Part shown: piece after piece, positions 61,322 to 64,000 of the stretch
Numbering within the stretch: position 1 is the first letter of the stretch
Layout: each line of letters begins with the position of its first letter
Made by a program: the position numbers and the translations under genes
NCBI GenBank assembly: GCA_037447605.1
Contig: CM074806.1
Span: forward strand, 2,108,001-2,172,000
Reading direction: 5' to 3'
Origin: Zygnema circumcarinatum SAG 698-1b
Taxonomy: Eukaryota; Plantae; Zygnematophyceae
Length of the DNA: 64,000 bases
Notes under the pieces: generated by a model
Seen by the model: only the letters and a program-made list of their open reading frames with translations
The model's database searches: none
What the model was told of the DNA's origin: nothing

Positions 61322-61440
61322 GCAGTGATCTCACGATGCCGATGCCATCAAATGTATATGGATAAAAGCAATACGGGGAACCACGAAAAAAGAATCAAAG
61401 TACCTGAGGACAAATAGGAAAAACCCATGAGCGGAAATCG
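61322..61440 (-). repeat. Dispersed unidentified repeat, copy e, between the RST1 and metacaspase 3' ends
   Basis: GATCTCACGATGCCGATGCCATCAAATGTATATGGATAAAA...GGGGAACCACGA matches the core. Confidence 0.75.
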
Positions 61441-61845
61441 ACCTCTAGTCTTTCCGCATGTTGTCCGATAGCACCCATTTTGCAAAGAAAGCAGAACAGA
61501 TTCGGTACTTGCAGCCTGAACTACTGCTCAAAGCCAAGTGCCCACAAGGATAGCATAAATCAGACAGACACTCCGGACAGCACATATTTCTGGGACCGAA
61601 TGATGAGAAATGTCGAGGCACTGTTTGGGAAATAAAAACATGAAGGGTCGTCTTGTCTCAAGCCCAAATTTAAAATACAGTTCTGTCTGCTGACATAAGA
61701 CTTCCCAAAAATAGATGACAGCAGAAGGAAAAACAAACAGAACAAAAATCTTGAGCTGTCAAGGCCTGTTGGCAGCAATACTTCCAAGACTGGCAACGAT
61801 CTGTCTGTCTGTTGGCAGCCAAAGTTACACAGATATAGAGGCCCT

Positions 61846-63524
61846 TCACGGACATATGAAGTTGTTGTGCACATTGGAGTCGCTGCAGTACAGACCCGGA
61901 TTCTGTGTGAAGCCTCCCTGCTTCAGCGATCTCCTGGCCTTCAGCACCAGCTCACGGCAAGTGATGGGCCCTTCATGCTCCGCTAGCACTGTCTGAATAG
62001 CGTTGCTCAATGCACCATATGCAGCTCCTCCGCCCGATGGAGCGGCATCCGCCGACGTTTCATCTGTTTGACAGCCGCTAACAAGGATGCCCATGTCCCC
62101 ACGAACCAAGCGTTCCTTCTCAGGCTTCCAGCCGGCGAAGGCCCACTCCCTACTGCCAGACTCAGCAACCTCCTTTACCTTTTGGGTTTGCATCGACAGG
62201 ATGTCATCGGTTCCCAGCTCTCTTGCCGACGTCATCTGGGACTTCACGAAGTTCATAGCGACCCCGGTAAGCATACCACCAAGCGGGTTGGAAGACTTGT
62301 TGCCTCCACCTGTTAGACTGGATAAGAGCCCCCCAAATCCTCCTGAAGACTTCTCCTCTTCCTGGCCAGAAAATGATGCAAGTATAGCTGGCGCCTGTGA
62401 CATGAGAACTCCAATAAACATCTGGACCATCGGGCTTGATTCCTCTCCAAAAACGGAGTAGAGAGCCGTTCGAACGCCCCCATCACCAACATCCTTGCCT
62501 GTTTTGCTGCTCAGCAGTGACATGAGCGCTCCGATGGGAAGGCCCCTATTCGTGGTTTTCACATCCCTGCTTCGTCCAAACTGAGTTTCGCCCCCATACG
62601 CGTTCGAATCATTATCAGGACGACCATAATCAGACTCCCGCCTGTGCCCGTGCTCCTCTCTCCGCTCGTATTCATCACTGCGGCTGTCATTGCCATATTC
62701 GGAACGGCCGTAGCCATCCTCCCGCCTCTCATCCCTCCGATCGGGCCGTCGTCTCTCATCATCATATTCCTCGCGTCCATCATATTCCTCTCGGCGTCCA
62801 TAGTCATGACGACGACCATACTCCTCCCTGCTTCCCTCCCGCCTTTCGTTTTCCTCCCGGCCTTCTGACTGAAATCCTGGCAAATGAAATTCACGAGTGC
62901 GAGTGGAGTTTTCATTATCATTTCCTCCTTCAAGACTGGAATCACCGATTTGTTCCTTCTCATGATCGATGAGACCACCGCTATGGCATGAGTCAGAAAT
63001 AAAGGTAAAAGTCACCCCATCTGGAAGCTCATTTACCAGCTCGCGAAAATCATCATCTGCGAGGAAGCGGTAAAAAGAAATAGCAGAGGTTTGTCAAGCT
63101 TTCCTTAGAACCGAACGTATCCCCCCCACCCCAAGATTCGTCAGAGACAGGATACCAAACCGGCAAGCTCACCATCGGGTCGACCAGGAGGGGGGAAAAA
63201 TAGTACGAGGAGGAAAAAAGAACTGAAGCAACAGCGAACACTGCCGTAAAACATGAAGCGCTAAAGAAAGTAACGCCGTACCAAAAAGCTGGTACAAGGC
63301 ATACCTGAAAGGACATTCATGTCTGTTGGCACAATACACTCATCGTATCCGGTATCTTCGTCGGTGCCACTCTCAGGCGGAATCCGCGTTCCATGACCGC
63401 TAAAATGCATGAACAAGATGTCGCCTGCGTCAGTGTTGGCCACAATCTTCTTCAAAGCTTTCCGAATGTTTGCTCCAGTGGGCTGCGGGTAGTTCTCATC
63501 GGTGTCGATCATGACAACGATGTC
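61846..63524 (-). CDS. Type II metacaspase, 3' portion; exons 63524-63305 and 63056-61846; first exon not in window
   Basis: IDTDENYPQPTGANIRKAL, catalytic HFSGHG and ISDSCHSGGLID, p10 region GILVSGCQTDETSAD...AYGALSNAIQ...FTQNPGLYCSD. A long linker lies between p20 and p10, and there is no prodomain in these exons. Confidence 0.96.
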
Positions 63525-64000
63525 CTACAGGCACCAAAAGAATAATATTGTAAAAAATACAAGCGTAAAAATAAAGCTTTTGCGGGTGAGAAAACGAAAC
63601 AGCGAAAAGAACCGAGATCCAAACAGAGCACTTCACGCACAAAGCGTGTCAAAAATCACTGTTTTGGCAGCTCCTCCAATGGTTTGAAAAAGCGAGAAAG
63701 CGCAACAAATCTGACGCGATACCACCATAGTTACGCATCCAGCATAGCAGTGTCAATAACGAAAGCTCCCAGGCTGATAATGGATTGATACATTTGCAGC
63801 ATAAACATTCCCACTAGATTTCTCTGTGCAACATCGCGGAAGTCTCCAACCAGCATTAGCAACAGTACAGCAAAATCCACGACCGAACAAAAAAATACGC
63901 CTAACACCTTCATGCCAGTCAATAGCGTACACCTTCGCTGCCATCACAGCCGCCACGCAAAACATGCAAGGAAAAGGCTTTCTTGCAAGCTCACCCTTTC

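Noticed and set aside
62559-62978. Alternative-frame ORFs over the metacaspase linker
   Set aside because: These are shadows of the repetitive coding frame.
63753-63965. 70-aa ORF as metacaspase exon 1
   Set aside because: It lacks the expected A-V/L-L-I/V-G-x-N-Y and L-x-G-C-x-N-D motifs. The true first exon is probably beyond the window end.
1-64000. tRNA, rRNA, snRNA or snoRNA genes and intact transposase or reverse transcriptase ORFs
   Set aside because: Scattered GTTCGA hexamers (e.g. ~16762, ~18414, ~38066) lack cloverleaf context by eye, and no DDE, RT or Rep/helicase motifs were seen. A covariance-model scan would be needed to exclude small RNAs.

Overview
Eukaryotic nuclear DNA from a green-lineage organism, most likely an intron-rich streptophyte. 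This is inferred from the gene set (nuclear PsaL with a transit peptide, type II metacaspase, RST1, BASS3), and the species cannot be fixed from sequence alone. Manual splicing gives apparently intact multi-exon genes for a CHCH twin-CX9C protein, eIF2-alpha, a branched-chain aminotransferase (yeast/animal-like rather than angiosperm-like), a PP2C, PsaL, an F-box/kelch protein, BASS3 and RST1/focadhesin, plus the 3' part of a type II metacaspase. There is also a frameshifted VPS2 (ESCRT-III) pseudogene and a possible two-exon orphan gene. The accessory DNA is the most informative part. (1) A palindromic CCAATGG 92-bp (50+42) minisatellite is dispersed over five arrays, partly inside a tandem 1.5-kb composite repeat. 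(2) A nest at 17.1-21.2 kb holds two TA-flanked Tc1/mariner-like elements around a Mutator-like element with a perfect 9-bp TSD. (3) A perfect palindrome reads as four serial Tc1/mariner excision footprints. (4) A 56-bp minimal Mutator-like element has its own 9-bp TSD. (5) An unidentified repeat occurs five times. No CRISPR array, tRNA, rRNA or intact transposase could be supported. All coordinates were counted by hand and family comparisons are from memory, not database searches.
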